A DNA stretch of 64,000 nucleotides from Eledone cirrhosa (lineage: Eukaryota), in assembly GCA_964016885.1 (NCBI GenBank), contig OZ024740.1, positions 119,598,001 through 119,662,000 of the forward strand, given 5' to 3'. Made by a program: the position numbers and the translations under genes. Below are positions 27,294 through 42,479 of this stretch, piece after piece. Under the pieces are notes generated by a model. It saw nothing but the letters and a program-made list of their open reading frames with translations. It ran no database searches and was not told the origin of the DNA. Position 1 is the stretch's first letter. Each line of letters begins with the position of its first letter.

Positions 27294-30200
27294 ATCTCAT
27301 TATTTTATCTCCATGCTGGCATGAGCTGGAAACACACACACATATATACATGCATATATATATGTTTGTGTGTGTGTGTGTGCTTGTGTGTCTGTGTGTT
27401 GATAAAAGGAGGAACAGCTTTATAAAAGCTGGAACAATGACTATACAGAGGTTGATTTTTCCTTGTTATTGATTTGAGATATTAAGTCAAAGAATGTTTA
27501 AAACAAATTTTTTAATGTAAAACACATAATGAGAAAAGTGTAATGTTGTGTTATGTCACATACTTTTGTTTTCAGTATTCTTTCTATCTCCTGCTGTTTG
27601 AAACTGATATTTAGAATAAGCAATTCAGAAATGTCATTTTCCCCAGTGTTAATACTATTAAAATTTCCTTATTGAACATTCAATTCTTGGGACAACAAAC
27701 AAAAATAATTCACTAAGTTTTTAAAGACTTCCATCTTAAATATAAAACATACATAAATATGTATCAATATACATACATGCATGCAAACTCAAACACATAA
27801 TTGTATACATATGTATGATTAACCACACACGTATACATACAAACATTCATACATAAATACACACATGTACATATATACATACATACATATATATGTCTAT
27901 ACGTCTATACATACATACATACAAATTACATTAGATTTAGAAAAGAGAAAACTACTCAGCTTGTGCTTCTTTTAATTTCTTTTAATTTTACTTTTTTGAA
28001 AACTTCAAATATTCTCACATTTGAAAAGAGTTTATTCATTGGATTACAGAAGTAAAGTAAAAAAAATAATAATCTCTCTCTCTCTGACTGTCTTGCTCTT
28101 TCTCTGTATATATATAAAAGCTCTAGACATAATAAATATTCAAAGCCAATTTATATTTTGAAGATGCAGATAGAAAATGAAGATATTTGGAAGTTAAGGA
28201 AATGTTTTCCAAATTTGAAATGTCAAAGTTCCCAACAGAATATATTCTAAACTTATTATCAAATATCTTTACCTATAACCACTTTATCTTTGTATATATA
28301 TATATATATTATAGAATATGCATACGCATACAATACTGTGCATATGAACTACATTCATTTTGTAGTTATTCATTATAAGTAGTCAAACACAAAATGTCAT
28401 CTTACTTTTAGGCCACTATGAAGCCAGGCCTCTGTGTGTATACCTGACTACTAGAAATAATAGTAAAATCTTACTCAAATTACACCCTACTATTGTAACA
28501 ATGGTTAAGGAAACACTGGATAATGTGGATCTAGGTAAACTGAATATTAGAAACATACAAGGGAAGGATAGTCCCAACTGAAATGAATTTCAATTACAAC
28601 TCTGTTGAGTCAGATCTAAATAATAGCAACAACTACTGAAATGCACATTTCAATCCAAATAAAACCCAAGGAATAAAATTTAACCACTTGCCTGAACCTG
28701 CTCTTGGTTCTATGATACAAAGCTCCTTTGGTTTATCTAATATCTTTCCATCTATTTCATGTAAGAACTTTTATTAAGTTAGGCTTTAAATAACAACTCA
28801 ATAATAAGACATTTTGTTATATTCTTAACTTCATCTAGATATTTGATTATTTTCAACCATAGGCAACATTTTACATTAGATTTATGGTAACAAAAGCATT
28901 AAGACAAAATATGTCATAGAGAATTTTAATTTCAAATTATCTAATTTTCTAATTCTTTCAGCTATAGAAGACAGAGTTTTCTTGGAAATTGGAGAAAAAT
29001 CTATGTCAGACAACATCATCAAACTCATACTGTCAAAATATCCCTCACTCGTTCAAATAAACCATTCTCTGAATCTTAGATTACTCTAGTCAAATCCCTT
29101 AACTATCTTCTTGAAATTACCTATTCCCTGTCATTACAATAAACTTGTATATTTTTTACTAGAGTTTTCATTTTTATTGTTATAGTCACAACAGTTTGGC
29201 CATTGTGCTCTGTAACCTCCTTCAGATGCCCTCAATCTTTCCATATGAATAAAATGTTTGATTCGAATAAGACAGCTAGCTGAAGTTAACTGAAACCTTA
29301 TGATTATAATGACCAAGATGAGGATACTAGTCTGAGTATATCAATGTATAATAACTATTTTACTCTCCTTTGGATGAAATAAAAACTTACATGACTTATT
29401 TATTCAATGATACCTAGAATATTCACAGAAATAATTTTGTTCCTGCATTCCCAATAACACACTTAATCCTTTACCATTTCAATTGTGTTTCTTCAAATAT
29501 TCTTCATTATATCTCTTGTCCTATGTATGTTTATTCCTGAGATTAAAAACTTAGTTCCAATTTACAGCATTTGTCAGGGTTAGTTTCAAAATTATTAAAT
29601 ATCCTATTTTCTGTAGACTGGTCCTACTTTATCTAAAACATCTTCAGTGTTCTGATTTAATATCAAAAACAATATCACCAGAAACCATATAATTTGTCAT
29701 ATTTGTAAAGTAAATATAACTACTGATTTTAATGCAAGTATTATTATGCAAACACATTTGATCAATACAATATAAAGGCAATATTTGTTACTATTTTGAA
29801 TAAATATATACATACGAGAAATCCCATGAGAAAAGTTAGGAATATAAACTAGAATAAAAAGATGATAAATGAATTATTTATTTGAAAATCTCAAAGGTCT
29901 CTGAGTAGTCATACTGAAAAGCAATTAATTTTCATACTGGAGGATTCATATGAATAATATGTATACAAATCATTTAATCAATTTGAATTAATAATTATTT
30001 TAATTTTTTGTAGGGGTTCTCACTAAAGATTATGAAATATATAGGTTTATTTGCTTCATATGGAAAAAATTGTGTTGTTATAATTAAAAGAAATCAATTA
30101 GAGGCTCATGAACATTTTTTAGATTAATTTGGTTATCTAGATTCTTTAACTAATGAAACTAACTCTGCAAAAAAAAAAAAAAGAATCAAACCATGAATAA

Positions 30201-31017
30201 GATTAATAAATATCCAATTTTTCAAACTTTGGATTTTCTTATGGTTGTATCAGTTGGAAATCTCGAGAAAATTTTCTGTTTCAAAGAAAATAATTGGTTT
30301 TGAATGATATATTGAAGAGATAAATGTGTGCTAATCTAATTGCAATTAAAATCATAATTCTGAATTTTCCAGCAAGATATATGTTGATAAGTGCTACATA
30401 ATTGGAAACCAGAAGCCAGCAATATGAACATAAAACATTTCTCTATGAACGCCTTTATTGTATCAATCTTGAAATCCTTTCTACTCAGTTAAATATTTGG
30501 TTTCTGAGTCTCCATCATGAAATCAGCAGCCAATTTATGCAGTTTCAGATATATATTTTTTTTAATATTGGAATATTTCAATAGAACATCAAATTTCAAA
30601 ATTTCAAATAAATGTTGTAAACAGATGGAAGAAAGGATAGAAATTATTAATTTACATAGTAAAGGGGTAAGGAAATGTTCTTGAATATGTCATTAATGCA
30701 AAAGATGAAAAGAGTTATCCTTAAAGGGAATAGAGAATTGCAGATTATATATTTCAGAGAGAAATGTTAATGATGTCTTGAAAAAGATCCAAATAAATAA
30801 CACGACTGATGTTCATGACTTGTTATATTTTAGAGCTGTACTTTTCTCAGAAATACCAAAGGCTGTATATAAAATGAGAAATAAATAAATGGAAATAAAA
30901 ATATATCCATAGTAAAAATGGAAACTGAAAGGGTAAAATAAATATACTAAAAATGATCTCCAAATCAGCATGTTCAATATTTGACATTCTAACTACACTC
31001 AGAAAAACATTACTCAC

Positions 31018-31260
31018 CTAATCAGCATGAAGTAACTCAGACAAACTGGCTCATGGCTCACATGTATGCTGCTTCCTCTCTCTGTTTGTTTCTATCATTA
31101 CTACAATGGTTTCTGATCCATGGAGCTGGCAGGTGTCCTGCTCCAAACATTGGTTCCCTGGAACTCCCAAGGAGTCAGATTTCACATTTTATGCAGAATA
31201 TCAATAACATCAATCTATCCAGTGTCAGAGAACCTGTGAAAGCCTTAGACACAGCACCTT
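31018..31260 (-). other. Candidate non-coding exon
   Basis: Acceptor atttcttatttgctag (alternative ttcacag at 31234); donor AG|GTGAGT; unique, GC-richer sequence; stops in all three frames. Confidence 0.3.
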
Positions 31261-33161
31261 CTAGCAAATAAGAAATATATGAGGCATAATGAAGGGAAAC
31301 CAAAACATGTAAATTCAACTTTTTGATATTCTGATAATAAAAATTTGAACTTCAAATTGTTTTCATTTACAATTCATAGAAATCTTCAATAGCCAGAGTT
31401 TCTTCAAAGCTATGAAATATTTTAACTTTCAGCAATTCTTATATTAACCAAATTTAGTTTATTTCTTTTATCCTTCTTAAATAATCTTACATGGATATTT
31501 TGAAATCTTCAAAGTAACTAGAAAAAGAAACCGAACTCTATGAATTACTTAAAAATCTAATTTCACTCGCTCTGCTGGTTGTTTTATCCTTGAACTTGGC
31601 ATGCCTTAATTAACAAAAGTGATGAACGATTTTAGATTCTAAATCTTGAACTCTGTAATGCAAACACAGTACAGTAATATAATAATTTCTGTTAACCAAA
31701 GGAAGTGGATAGGTCTGAAAAAAAATTTAGTGACTGTTATTAATCATTATCATCATCGTTTAATGTCCAACAAAATTATTTTTCTTCTTTGGGATTTGAA
31801 CTCTGAGTAGTCAATGCCATTTAAAATTGGCAATTATATAATCAGCAGTTGTACCACTCAACCACCATGCCTGAATATCTTTCTTAATATGTTTATAAAC
31901 AACTCTGAATAATTTGAAAAGGAGCACTCAAATACAAATTCCTAATGACAAACCAATTGGTAAAATTATAAATAGAAAACTATATATCATAGAATAAACG
32001 GCAGAAAAGTTACATATAAGAAATAATATACCAACTGTCTTGTACAGAAGTATGTAATATTGTATTAATCTTTAAATGTTGCTTTATTTCAAGGGAAAGC
32101 TGGTATGTGTATATAAGATTCATATTAGAAACTACATTATGGATATATAAAATATTTATATAATCATAAATGATATTGACAAATAATTATAATAAATTTA
32201 CAGACATTACAATATTGGAGTTTTCTTACACTGGGAATTATCTTAGTATTATGAGATACCAACAGAGCAGTGATAGTGTAAAAATAAACACAAAATGATC
32301 TGAGAATTATAAAACCACCAGACATTGGAATATGCCAATCATGGGAAAAACATTGTCTTATTACTTTTGACAATTATACCTTGTTAATATATTCTCTTTA
32401 ATAACAAAGACACTTATACTTAAATTTAGTGTGATATGTATGTGTATGTGTGAGCATGTGTGTGCATATGTGTATCTGTGTGTATGTGCGTGTGGCTATG
32501 AATGTGGGTTCATAATTCACTACTTTTATTATTCATAGAACAAAAGAAGACTTCTTTTTTCTGGTGATTATTTTCTTTAAAAGACATTTATTTTCTATTT
32601 ATTCAATAATATTCCAATTGCATAGGTGATTCAATCTCTGTGAAATGTTCAAATTGAAACTCAGTGGAGAATTATACCGATGTAATTATAGACATCAGAT
32701 AAGTGGCAAGTAGTAGTAATGTTATTTGTCATTACAGTGTAGTTATAGAAATCGAAAGGCAATCAGTTTAAATTTAATTGTCAAGAGTATAAACAATTTC
32801 AAACTCTTAACAGTGAAATTTTGATATTTAATTTTAGAGTATACATATTTCTGTAACTACTCAAATATATCTCCCAGCATGTTTAAAGCTCAACTTGTAC
32901 TGACTAGAATTACAACATTGAATCATGTATGTAATTCAAATGTTATTGAATATATACAAAATAGCTTAACTGAATCATGGGGCAAATGTTATTGATAAAC
33001 ACAATTTATATAATGAATATGATTTACAAAAGAAATCAATAAAAATATATCAAAATGAAAAGAAATGAGAGGACATACAAATTCTCTGAATAATGTACTA
33101 AACATGGAATCCTGGTGCAGCTCTCCAAGAATTATTGAAGCAAACAATTTATTAGGATGTG

Positions 33162-36108
33162 TTATCATCATCATCATCATCATCACCGTTTTACGTCCGT
33201 TCTTCCACGTTAGCATGGGTTGGACGGGTTGTCCTGTTGTGGGCAGTGTCTGGTCGGCTGACCATGCCTTGCTCATACAGGAACTGATTTGGCTTGATTT
33301 CTACAGCTGGATGCCCTTCCTAACAACAACCTCATTTACAGTGAGTGTTGGGTGCTTTTTCGTGGTGCCTACACGTCCACTTTACAGTGTGGGCTGGGTG
33401 CTTTTTTGCTGTGGCACCTCCACAACCACTTTGCAGTGGGAGGGTGTGGGGGCATATTGTCTATATGCTTCAGCTTGTACCCATGGGAGGTCGGGTACTC
33501 TGTATTACTGCGTGACGCCAGAGGTCACAGTCGTGTGTCATCGCCTTTGAGAGGTGTAATTGGGTAAGGTCGGCTTTTATCACCTCATCCCAGATCTTCT
33601 TGGGTCTGCCCACTCCGCGGTTTCCATCGACTTCTAGTGCTCTGCACATCTTTATGCAGCTGTCATCCTTCATACGCATCACATATCCATACCAACGCAA
33701 CTGCCTCTCCTGCACACAGCATTTGATTCCTCTTATGCTCAGTCTCTCTCTCAATTCATTTATGCTTTGACGTTTGCGTATATTACTATTACACATCCAT
33801 CGGAGCATGCAGGCTTCGTTTCTCTCTAATCTACGTAAGTCTTCCACCTTCAGCGCACAGGTCTCACTACCATGCAACATCGCTGTTCGGAGACACGCGT
33901 CATACAGTCTGCCTTTCATTTTGAGGGAGAAGCCTTTTGCAGCTAGCAGTGGTAGTAGTTCCCTAAACTTCTTCCATCCCGTTCTCACCCTAGTTATTGT
34001 ACTTTCTTAACACCCACCTCCGCTGCTAATTCGGTCACCTAGGTAGCAGAAGCTGTCTAGTGTTTCTACAGAGCCCTCCCAGAGATTGGTGGTACTTGTT
34101 TCCTGTGGCTGTTTGCTGCTTGCTGTCCCAGCACAGCTGCTGCATGTGAAGCCTACATTCTTAATTAAGCTTCCTGAGATCCCACTACATCTCTTGTGTA
34201 TCCATTGTTTGCATTTGGGGCCGAGAATGGAGTTACTACCTACACCTTTCTTACATACTGAGCAAGGCCATTTCCCTGAGGGGATCTGGGTTCTGTTTTC
34301 TCGTCTACTTACAAGGACCTTAGTCTTTGTCATGTTGACTTGAGTCCCTTTCTTTCTAGTCCCTGCTTCCAAGTTTGGAATTTCTTCTCTAGTTCTACCA
34401 TAGATTCAGCTATAAGTCGAGGTCATCAGCATACAGGAGTTCCCATGGGCATACAGTCTTAAACTCTTCCGTTTTTGCCTGCAGGACTATGATGAACAGG
34501 AGGGAGCTAAGAAGAGAGCCCTGGTGGACCCCAACCTGTACGCTAAATTCCTCGCTATACTCATTGGTAATCGTAACTTTGCTGACTGCTCCCCTATACA
34601 TGGCTTGTACCGCTTTCACAAGCCATTCATCTACTCCTAGTTTTCTAAGAGCCCACCAGATTACAGCACGTGGAACTCTGTCAAAGGCTTTCTCAAGATC
34701 GACGAATGCCAGGTAGAGTGGCTTACTTTTAGCTAGGTACTTTTCCTGTAGCTGCCTCACAAGGAAGAGGGCATCAGTGATGCCTCTTCCTGGTACAAAC
34801 CCAAATTGCATCTCATCTAGTTTCACCCGGTCCCTAATCAACTGTGCTATAACTCTTTCTGTTACTTTCATGACCTGGTCCATCAGCTTCATACCTCTAT
34901 AGTTTCCTCTATCTAGTGCATCACCTTTACCTTTGTAGCAGTTGACAATGATGCTACTGCATCAATTTTTTGTGGTATGACACCCTCCTGTATTACCTGG
35001 TTAACAATACGTGTGGTTATAGTGTGACCTACAGACCTAGATGCCTTTAGCATCTCGGCAGCTATACCCGATGGACCGGTTGCCGTCCCCATCTTCATAT
35101 CTTTGATTGCCTTACTTACTACACTGCTGCTGACTTGTACTGCTGGCCCCTCTATAGGATCTACTTGGGGTAGGGTCTCTTCTTCCCATGCATTCTCCTC
35201 ATTTAGTAATCTATCATAATGACTCTTCCATGTATCTTTCTTCTCAGCACTTGTGAGAGCAAGCCCACCTTTATCATTCCGGATACACTTCTCTCCAATG
35301 ACATAACAATTCTCTCTGACACACTGCCTCGCAATCTTGAACACCTCCTGTTTCTGGTCCTCACGTTGCAAAACATGCTTGAATTTTCTCTCCTCTGCTT
35401 CCCTCCTAGCTAAATATACTTGTCGCCTAGCTTCCCTCTTGGTCTCTATGTAATATACCCTGCTCCCCCCGTTCTTCCATACTTTCCATGCCTGTATCTT
35501 GGCCTTAACTGCCTCATCTACCTTATTGTTCCACCACCAAGTCACTCTCCTCCTGCTTGTGGTCTTACTCTAGCCACAGACCTCATCTGTCGCCTCTAGT
35601 AAGTTATTATTTTAGGAACTCCCAGTGATCTTCTACATTGAATGTCTTTATCTGTTCTTCTTTACTGTCGTAGGCGTTGAGTAACATATCTTTAAATCTG
35701 TTACTGGTTGAGGGGTCTTTTAGCTTCCAGATATTTCTTCTCCAGGTTGGCCTATGTTTCCAGGTTCGTCTAGTTCTGACAGTGAAGTCGCTGACAACTA
35801 AGCTATGTTGGGATGTACATTCCTCACTAGGGAAGCTTTTGTGTTTATGACCGTCTATCTGTCATGTCCTCTGATGAGGATAAAATCTATCTGACTAGAA
35901 TGCTCCCCTAATCTATAGGTGATCAGGTGGTTGTCGGGTTTTTTGAAGTTTGTGTTACATATCGACATGTCATTGGCGTCGCAGAATTCTAGAAGTCTGA
36001 ATCCTTCCTCATTTCTTGTGCCAACCCCATGGCCTCCATAAACTCTATTGAAGCCATATCTGTGTTTACCTACGTGTCCGTTAAAATCTCCTGCGATGAT
36101 TAGGAAGC
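33162..36108 (-). mobile_element. 5'-truncated decayed RTE LINE
   Basis: AGDFNGH, SQIDFIL, AFVDLEKAFD, LLYADD, C-terminal domain, 3'UTR and (GAT)n tail. Confidence 0.95.
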
Positions 36109-37038
36109 AAAGCTTTTGTGCTGGAGCAGCCAACCCTCTTTATAAGCATCACCTAATACTTCAGTAAGATTTTGCAATGGCAGTACTATCAGTGGCCCAC
36201 CACTGCTGAAAGGTTTGAATACCAAGGACTGAAAAATTTTATTTTCTCATAAATTACATGACTCCAGTAATTATTTGGATTTTTTCCAATGAATCTTTTT
36301 TAGTTTATAAAAATTATAATTGGTTAGAAAAATCAACTTCAGTCATCCTATAAAAATAAAAGAAATGAATAAGGAATCTAGATACACAGATTACAGAAAT
36401 ATTTTAAGCTTGATATGACTCAGGTTTGTTTATGTGTAAAGGTGTTAAAAGCTATTTTAAAACCCAAGCAAACTTATGAGATGGAACCACATTAATTAAT
36501 AGGGCTAAACCCAACAAAGGCAAGATTGCTACTATATATAATTGGAATCTGATATAGTGATATATTGGTAAACTGCTTTATCTTAGAAAAATATAAACCA
36601 CCAGAAATTATTCACCTCTAAGCTGATTATTTCTATCACTAATATGTTATTACACATAACATCTATTTTAACTGAACACTCCTCTCAATTCATCTTGTTT
36701 TCATAGCTACATGAAAATAATTCTCCACTAAGTTTAAATATCAAATTGCACTAATGATATCTATAACGAGGAAATGCATATGGAAATGGAAAATAATTTT
36801 TTTAAATATGAAAGGGTAAAAATTAAATTATTTGTTCGTTTTTAAAATCCTTTTTCAAAATATCATAAAAATAGAAGAAAGGGATTTTATTAACCATGTC
36901 AATAAGGTTTATTTATATGATGTGCAAGCTGGAACAATAGATCACTGTGGATCTAATCATATTGGCTGGAATGCGTAATAGAGTAATACATACATAAATA
37001 CATATGCATCATATCCCATGGACTACATCTATTAACCA

Positions 37039-37607
37039 CAGGTGCGGATTTAGACTTTGGAGGGCCCGGGGCACTTTAAGTCTGGGGGTGGCTCATATAC
37101 AGAAACTTTAATATACAGCAATCCCCAAATTTTACACATCAAATTTAGCTTGGTGCAAGTACCTGGAATTGAAAAATTATACATACAGGTATTACATTTT
37201 TTAAAATTTTAACCACCCTCATATTGTGTCCACTTTTCACACTGGCATGTGTTCGGCAGGTTGTCACAATCTCAGGCAAGACATATTAGAGCGGCCTCAT
37301 CTTGCTCAAACATTACAATGTTTACTTGGAGCAGTTTTCTTTTGCAATACCAGCACAACCACTTACAGAATTAACTAGGTGTATTCTATCAAGGTACCAA
37401 CACTAACAATTTAGTGAATTTTGCCACAGTAAGGACATTAAATGCTTTTGTTAAAAATATAACTCTCATTATTAAAGGGATAAAACTAAAAAGCCCAGCA
37501 GAGAACACAAATAAATTACTACAACTGTCGCTGATGGGTCAGCCCCACCATGTTGTGAGGGGGTTCATGGTAATTTCCCCCTTTGGCCACCATTAAATTT
37601 GGCCCTG
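37039..37607. mobile_element. hAT-type MITE (old)
   Basis: TIRs CAGGTGCGGATTTA / TAAATTTGGCCCTG; degenerate 8-bp TSD attaacca / gctaaccc. Confidence 0.55.
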
Positions 37608-39307
37608 GCTAACCCCAAGCATAGAAGCCCATTCATAGAACAAGGCTGTCTGAGATAACAGGAGATTTGGGAAGGATCTACTTGAGAAATCATAACCAAA
37701 AACACACCCAATAAAATTGCACAGAACGACTGCAATATACCAGCAGATGAAAATGTGTAAGCTTATCACAAGAAGTTTTGTATGGTTATGTTGTCAGAAC
37801 GCTTCGATGTGAGAGTAACATAGATAACCAGAATTGTCTATCTTGGATAAACAACTGGTATATCACCTATTTTGAAGAATCTGATTTTGCAATCCTGGAA
37901 CAGGAAATAACAACAAAATATTTGATGCACAATACAGATACTGATGAAAGCAAACAATATAGATGTGACAATAGATACAAACTCTGTGGAATAAATGTCA
38001 ATGCTATCACCCACATGTGGCTGTTCAAAGATGTTATCACAATACTATCTAGATAAACACTATGCAATGCAATCCATTGGTAGTGCTGAAAATAAAAATA
38101 TAACAAATAAAAATATAACAAATATAATATGCCACAGCAATGTGGAGGGCATACTCACACATAATTCAAAAGAGTACTCGTGGAATGTCCCACATTCATA
38201 AACACATACAGACCCATAATCACCTAGTTAATGTCTAAATACAAATGAAAGAGCCTTTTTTTCTTTGTTAGAAGCTAGGTGTTTCCCCTTTTCTCTCTAT
38301 TCGTAGGAAATTAATTTAAAAAATAAATCCATAAGAATATACATACAAATGTAGCACTCAATACAAATTATAAGGTTGGAAATTTGTATATATATATATA
38401 TATAAGAAAAAGTAACGATTGGTTATTCACGTTTCATTTTGGCAGAAGACAATCATTGGACCAATATACTTTTACATAGAATAAGAATTACAAACGAACG
38501 TTTGTAAAAAAATGATTTTAAAAATATGTATTTATGAGATGAGACAAGAAGGATGATGGAATTAGAGAAAAAGAAAAAAAGTATGTGATCGATCGGCTCA
38601 TGAAGGCAGACACCCACGTACATATATATGTGAGCTTGGTATGTAAATATGTATGTGCACGTTTGTTTGTGTATTTATGTGTGTGAATTCAGTACCATAT
38701 TGAAGAGATTCAGATAAGATCAAAATGTGTATGTCATTGAAATTTTGTGATATTTTCAAAATTATTTTCATTACTATGAAGTAAATAGAATAATTAAGAT
38801 TCTATAATTGAATTTTAGTTAGAATTACTATGCAGTAGCTAGTATTGATGGTTGATTATTTCTTTATTGTCAAAGCTCTCTCGTCACATATTTTGTAATC
38901 TTTTCAGTGGCTAATTTGTAATTTGATGTTCATTTTTTTGTCTTACACCATCTTGTTCTTGTCAGTTTTGTAATCTGTCATTACAAAAATAAACGAACTC
39001 CAACCAAAACTAAATAGAAAGAATAAGTGGAATAGCTACATCACAACTAGTAACTAAGGTCAAGATAAAAACATACAGAAACACACAAGAACCAAACTAA
39101 TAAAGCAAACCAGACACAGCAACCAACTAGTGACAAATAAATAAACTTATAAATAAATAAAAACACACACATACCTCGATATAACATATGTGCACACAGC
39201 TTACAAAAACAAGATGGTATAGGAAAGAAGAAAGGAGAGAGACAAAATAACAAATTAGTCACTGATGAGGTTACACTATTTTGTATGTGTTTGTGTGTGA
39301 GTGTTGT

Positions 39308-39524
39308 GTGTTTGAATTTCTTTTTACTTAAAAAAAGGGGCTCACGAAGGCTTTTTTTTAATAAACGTAATTTGATTGGTTATAAATGAAATTATAGCTG
39401 TCACGTGAACAAGTTTTCATTAAATTTTCTAACCATCCAAACAGACACATACCACACACACATAACACCTGCTACTTTAGAAAATATATTCATTCAAAAT
39501 ATTCCTACTAAAGGAATCATTTTC

Positions 39525-39557
<33 letters not shown>

Positions 39558-39696
39558 ATATATATATATATACATTCTCTTCATTTTAACATGCTAACCA
39601 TACTCCTACACACATAACACCCATACACACACATAACAACCCCATCCCCACACACACAACTCCCTCCCCCATTTCTACTAATAGAATCATCTTCCA

Positions 39697-39732
<36 letters not shown>

Positions 39733-40044
39733 GCACACAAATAAACATACATATCTTTACTTTCTTTATTAAATAGAAAATCTGAATTCTGACACCCAAG
39801 CGAACTAACCATATTCACTGAACCAGAACAATTCTCCCATCCAATTTCTCTTGACCATTATCTTTTGCTTGCCATAAAATTCTCTAAAAAGGCTACAGAA
39901 TAGATTTCCAAATAAGGGTACGAAAATTTAATGAAAACTTGTTCACGTGACAGCCATAATTTAATTTATAACCAATCAAATTACGTTTATTAAAAAAAAA
40001 GGCTTCGTGAGCCCCTTTTTTTAAGTAAAGAGAAATTCAAACAC
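39308..40044. repeat. Inverted repeat with ~122-bp arms (39308-39429, 39922-40044); probable PLE-type fold-back
   Basis: aggggctcacgaag vs cttcgtgagcccct; gtcacgtgaacaagttttcatt vs aatgaaaacttgttcacgtgac. Confidence 0.85.
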
Positions 40045-40870
40045 TAATATATGAAAAAACAACCTAGAAAATTTAAAGTTCAACAGTTTAACATTTAATT
40101 ATATAATAGTTCCGATTTGTTCTGTAATTTAAAGGTACTATGTGGCGGTTAAAACACCGGCCGCGCCCCGGGCCCCATGGCGAATTAAGCTACGCCGAGT
40201 ATTTTCATTTACTGAAAGAAGGGGTGACTGTTGAACTTTAAATGTTCTAACCTCTTTAATATTGAATATTGATTATTAATTTTTTTAACTTCATCCTAGA
40301 AGTCTAAACACTGTAACACACGGACTCCCAATATATTCACCTCTGCTAAGATGCGGGTCCCTGTGAACATTTTCTCGCGCCACTCCTGACTTGACTGTGG
40401 TCTGACATTAATATCGACCTTTCTTCCTCTTTCTTTCTATCTTCCTTCTTGTAGCCATCAACCCTTACTTTTCTACTTCTCTCTTCCCTTCCTTCTCTTC
40501 TCCCCTCCTCCTGTCTTCCTCCCGCAGACTTATCTTCCTTCCCCCTCTTGCTTGCCTATATCTGACCGGTAGTAGTTGCCTTTCTTCTTTTAGCTGACAT
40601 TAACCCTGGCTTCTCTTCTTCTTTCTTCCCCCTTCTTCTCTCTCCTTCCTTTCTTTCTTTCTTTTACCTAATGTCATGAGATCGACGTTAACTTATGCTC
40701 CCATCCCTTTCTGTTTTCGTTTATCTGACCGGTAGTAGCATACTATAAACTTTAGCCACGTCACACCAGGGCGACCGGCTGAGGTTGAAGGAACAGAATA
40801 GCGGTCGCCCTCGGGTCTCGATTTTCAGCCCCATGGATTTTACCTATTACATTCACGTATTATATTTCGA

Positions 40871-40928
40871 ATACCTGATGATATCACCGGATTCATACGG
40901 AACCCCGTCATTGAAATGATCATAGTAT
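40871..40928 (+). ncRNA. Hammerhead-like motif at the 3' end of a PLE-like fragment (~40310-40978)
   Basis: atac-CTGATGA-(imperfect stem II)-GAAA-TGATCA-TA-gtat; palindromic stem III ATGATCAT; followed by aataaa and (TA)n. Confidence 0.55.
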
Positions 40929-40976
40929 AATAAACCTTTCAAGGATTTACACAAATCCAGCCTCCTGTCATTTCAT

Positions 40977-41078
<102 letters not shown>

Positions 41079-41079
<1 letters not shown>

Positions 41080-41417
41080 CATCATCATCATCATTTAACG
41101 TCCGCTTTTCCCTGCTTGCAAGGGTGGGACGGGAACTGATTCTGGCTTCATTTCTGCAGCTGGATGCCCTTCCTAACACCAACTGCATTTACAGTGAGTG
41201 TTGGGTGCTTTCTTTGCCGTGGCACCTCCACGACCACTTTTTCAGTGGAATGATACGGACCACAGTCCAATCATTTCATTTCTACAGCTGAGTAAACTGG
41301 AGCAATGTGAAATAAAGTGTCTTGCTCAAGGAAACAACACAACACCCGGTCTGAGAATTGTACTCACAACCTTTCGATTGCAAGCCCAATGCACTAACCA
41401 CTAAGCCATGCGTCTTC
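41079..41417 (-). mobile_element. tRNA/CORE SINE with an RTE-derived tail
   Basis: Reverse-complement match to 20617-20948. Confidence 0.88.
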
Positions 41418-41799
41418 ATATATATATATATATATACACACACGTGTGTGTGTCTATGTGTGTGTGTGTGTGAGTGAGTGTATGTGTTGCAAATGACTGA
41501 TAAGTTTCAAAAAGCCAGTACAACGTGGTAGAAATATACAAAGGAAGAGGGATGCAAAATAAAACAAAGCAATGTAATGTGTTACCCACTATATTTCAAC
41601 ATGATATTTCAGAGCTTTTCAAATGTGAGCTGGTTTGCGTGCCTGAAATATGCATGCTTGGAATCGTTATAGTAGCCGATCTGTTTTGTACATTTCCAAT
41701 GTATAATTCATCTCTGGTTTTCTCTTGTTGATTCATAAATTGCCTATATTCCTTTCTGTTGCCTCCATGGTGACCTAGTTCCTTGGCTGCAGCATCTAA

Positions 41800-42476
41800 C
41801 AAGATGTTTTATTACAGACAAAGGTCTCATCATCCTGTGTTCCTTCATCCGCATAAGCAGTATACCTTCCGTCAGAATAAGGGAGAGAATTCTGCATTAT
41901 TGAGCAGAACATTTACACACAACTAGCGTCAGAGCACCTCAACTGCACCACTATATAAAAAGGTCAACAACAACATCACGCCTAGGAAGCTAGAAGGCAC
42001 CATTACCATCAGCTGGACTAATATCAGTAAACTCCCAATCTTCTACCATCTTAACAGGATCCAAGTTAAAAATTAGACGTATTCTTCTCAGCATAAGTGG
42101 TCGTTATACACAATTTCCTGGCTTCTCTCTAGTTTTCTCAAACCTCTCCACATGTCTCCAGACATGAGGACAGCACACACGAAGTATCAGCAGTCTAATA
42201 TAACTTAACCTCACCACACTTAGACAGAATAAATATCCACTTAATTTGGAACCTATTCCAAAGAATTATGCTCCATTTTGTAAGATTCCGAAGGACGCTG
42301 CCAAGAAACACATCCTGCGATGTTCCTGTGAATCTGACACCCCATGGAGGATCACAGACACTGGAGAGCTTCTCTAGAGCTATCAGAATACAGACATTGC
42401 TATGGAATTCTTAGACTCTCTTAACTCAACTAGACGGAGACGCTGGCATGAAGCAGTGGAAGAGTTGGATTTCTCT
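41800..42476 (+). mobile_element. Decayed non-LTR retrotransposon fragment (non-RTE; I/Ingi-like by recollection)
   Basis: Translates to ...AAKKHILR... and NSTRRRRWHEAVEELDFS, resembling LINE EN-RT linker motifs. Confidence 0.4.
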
Positions 42477-42479
42477 CTT

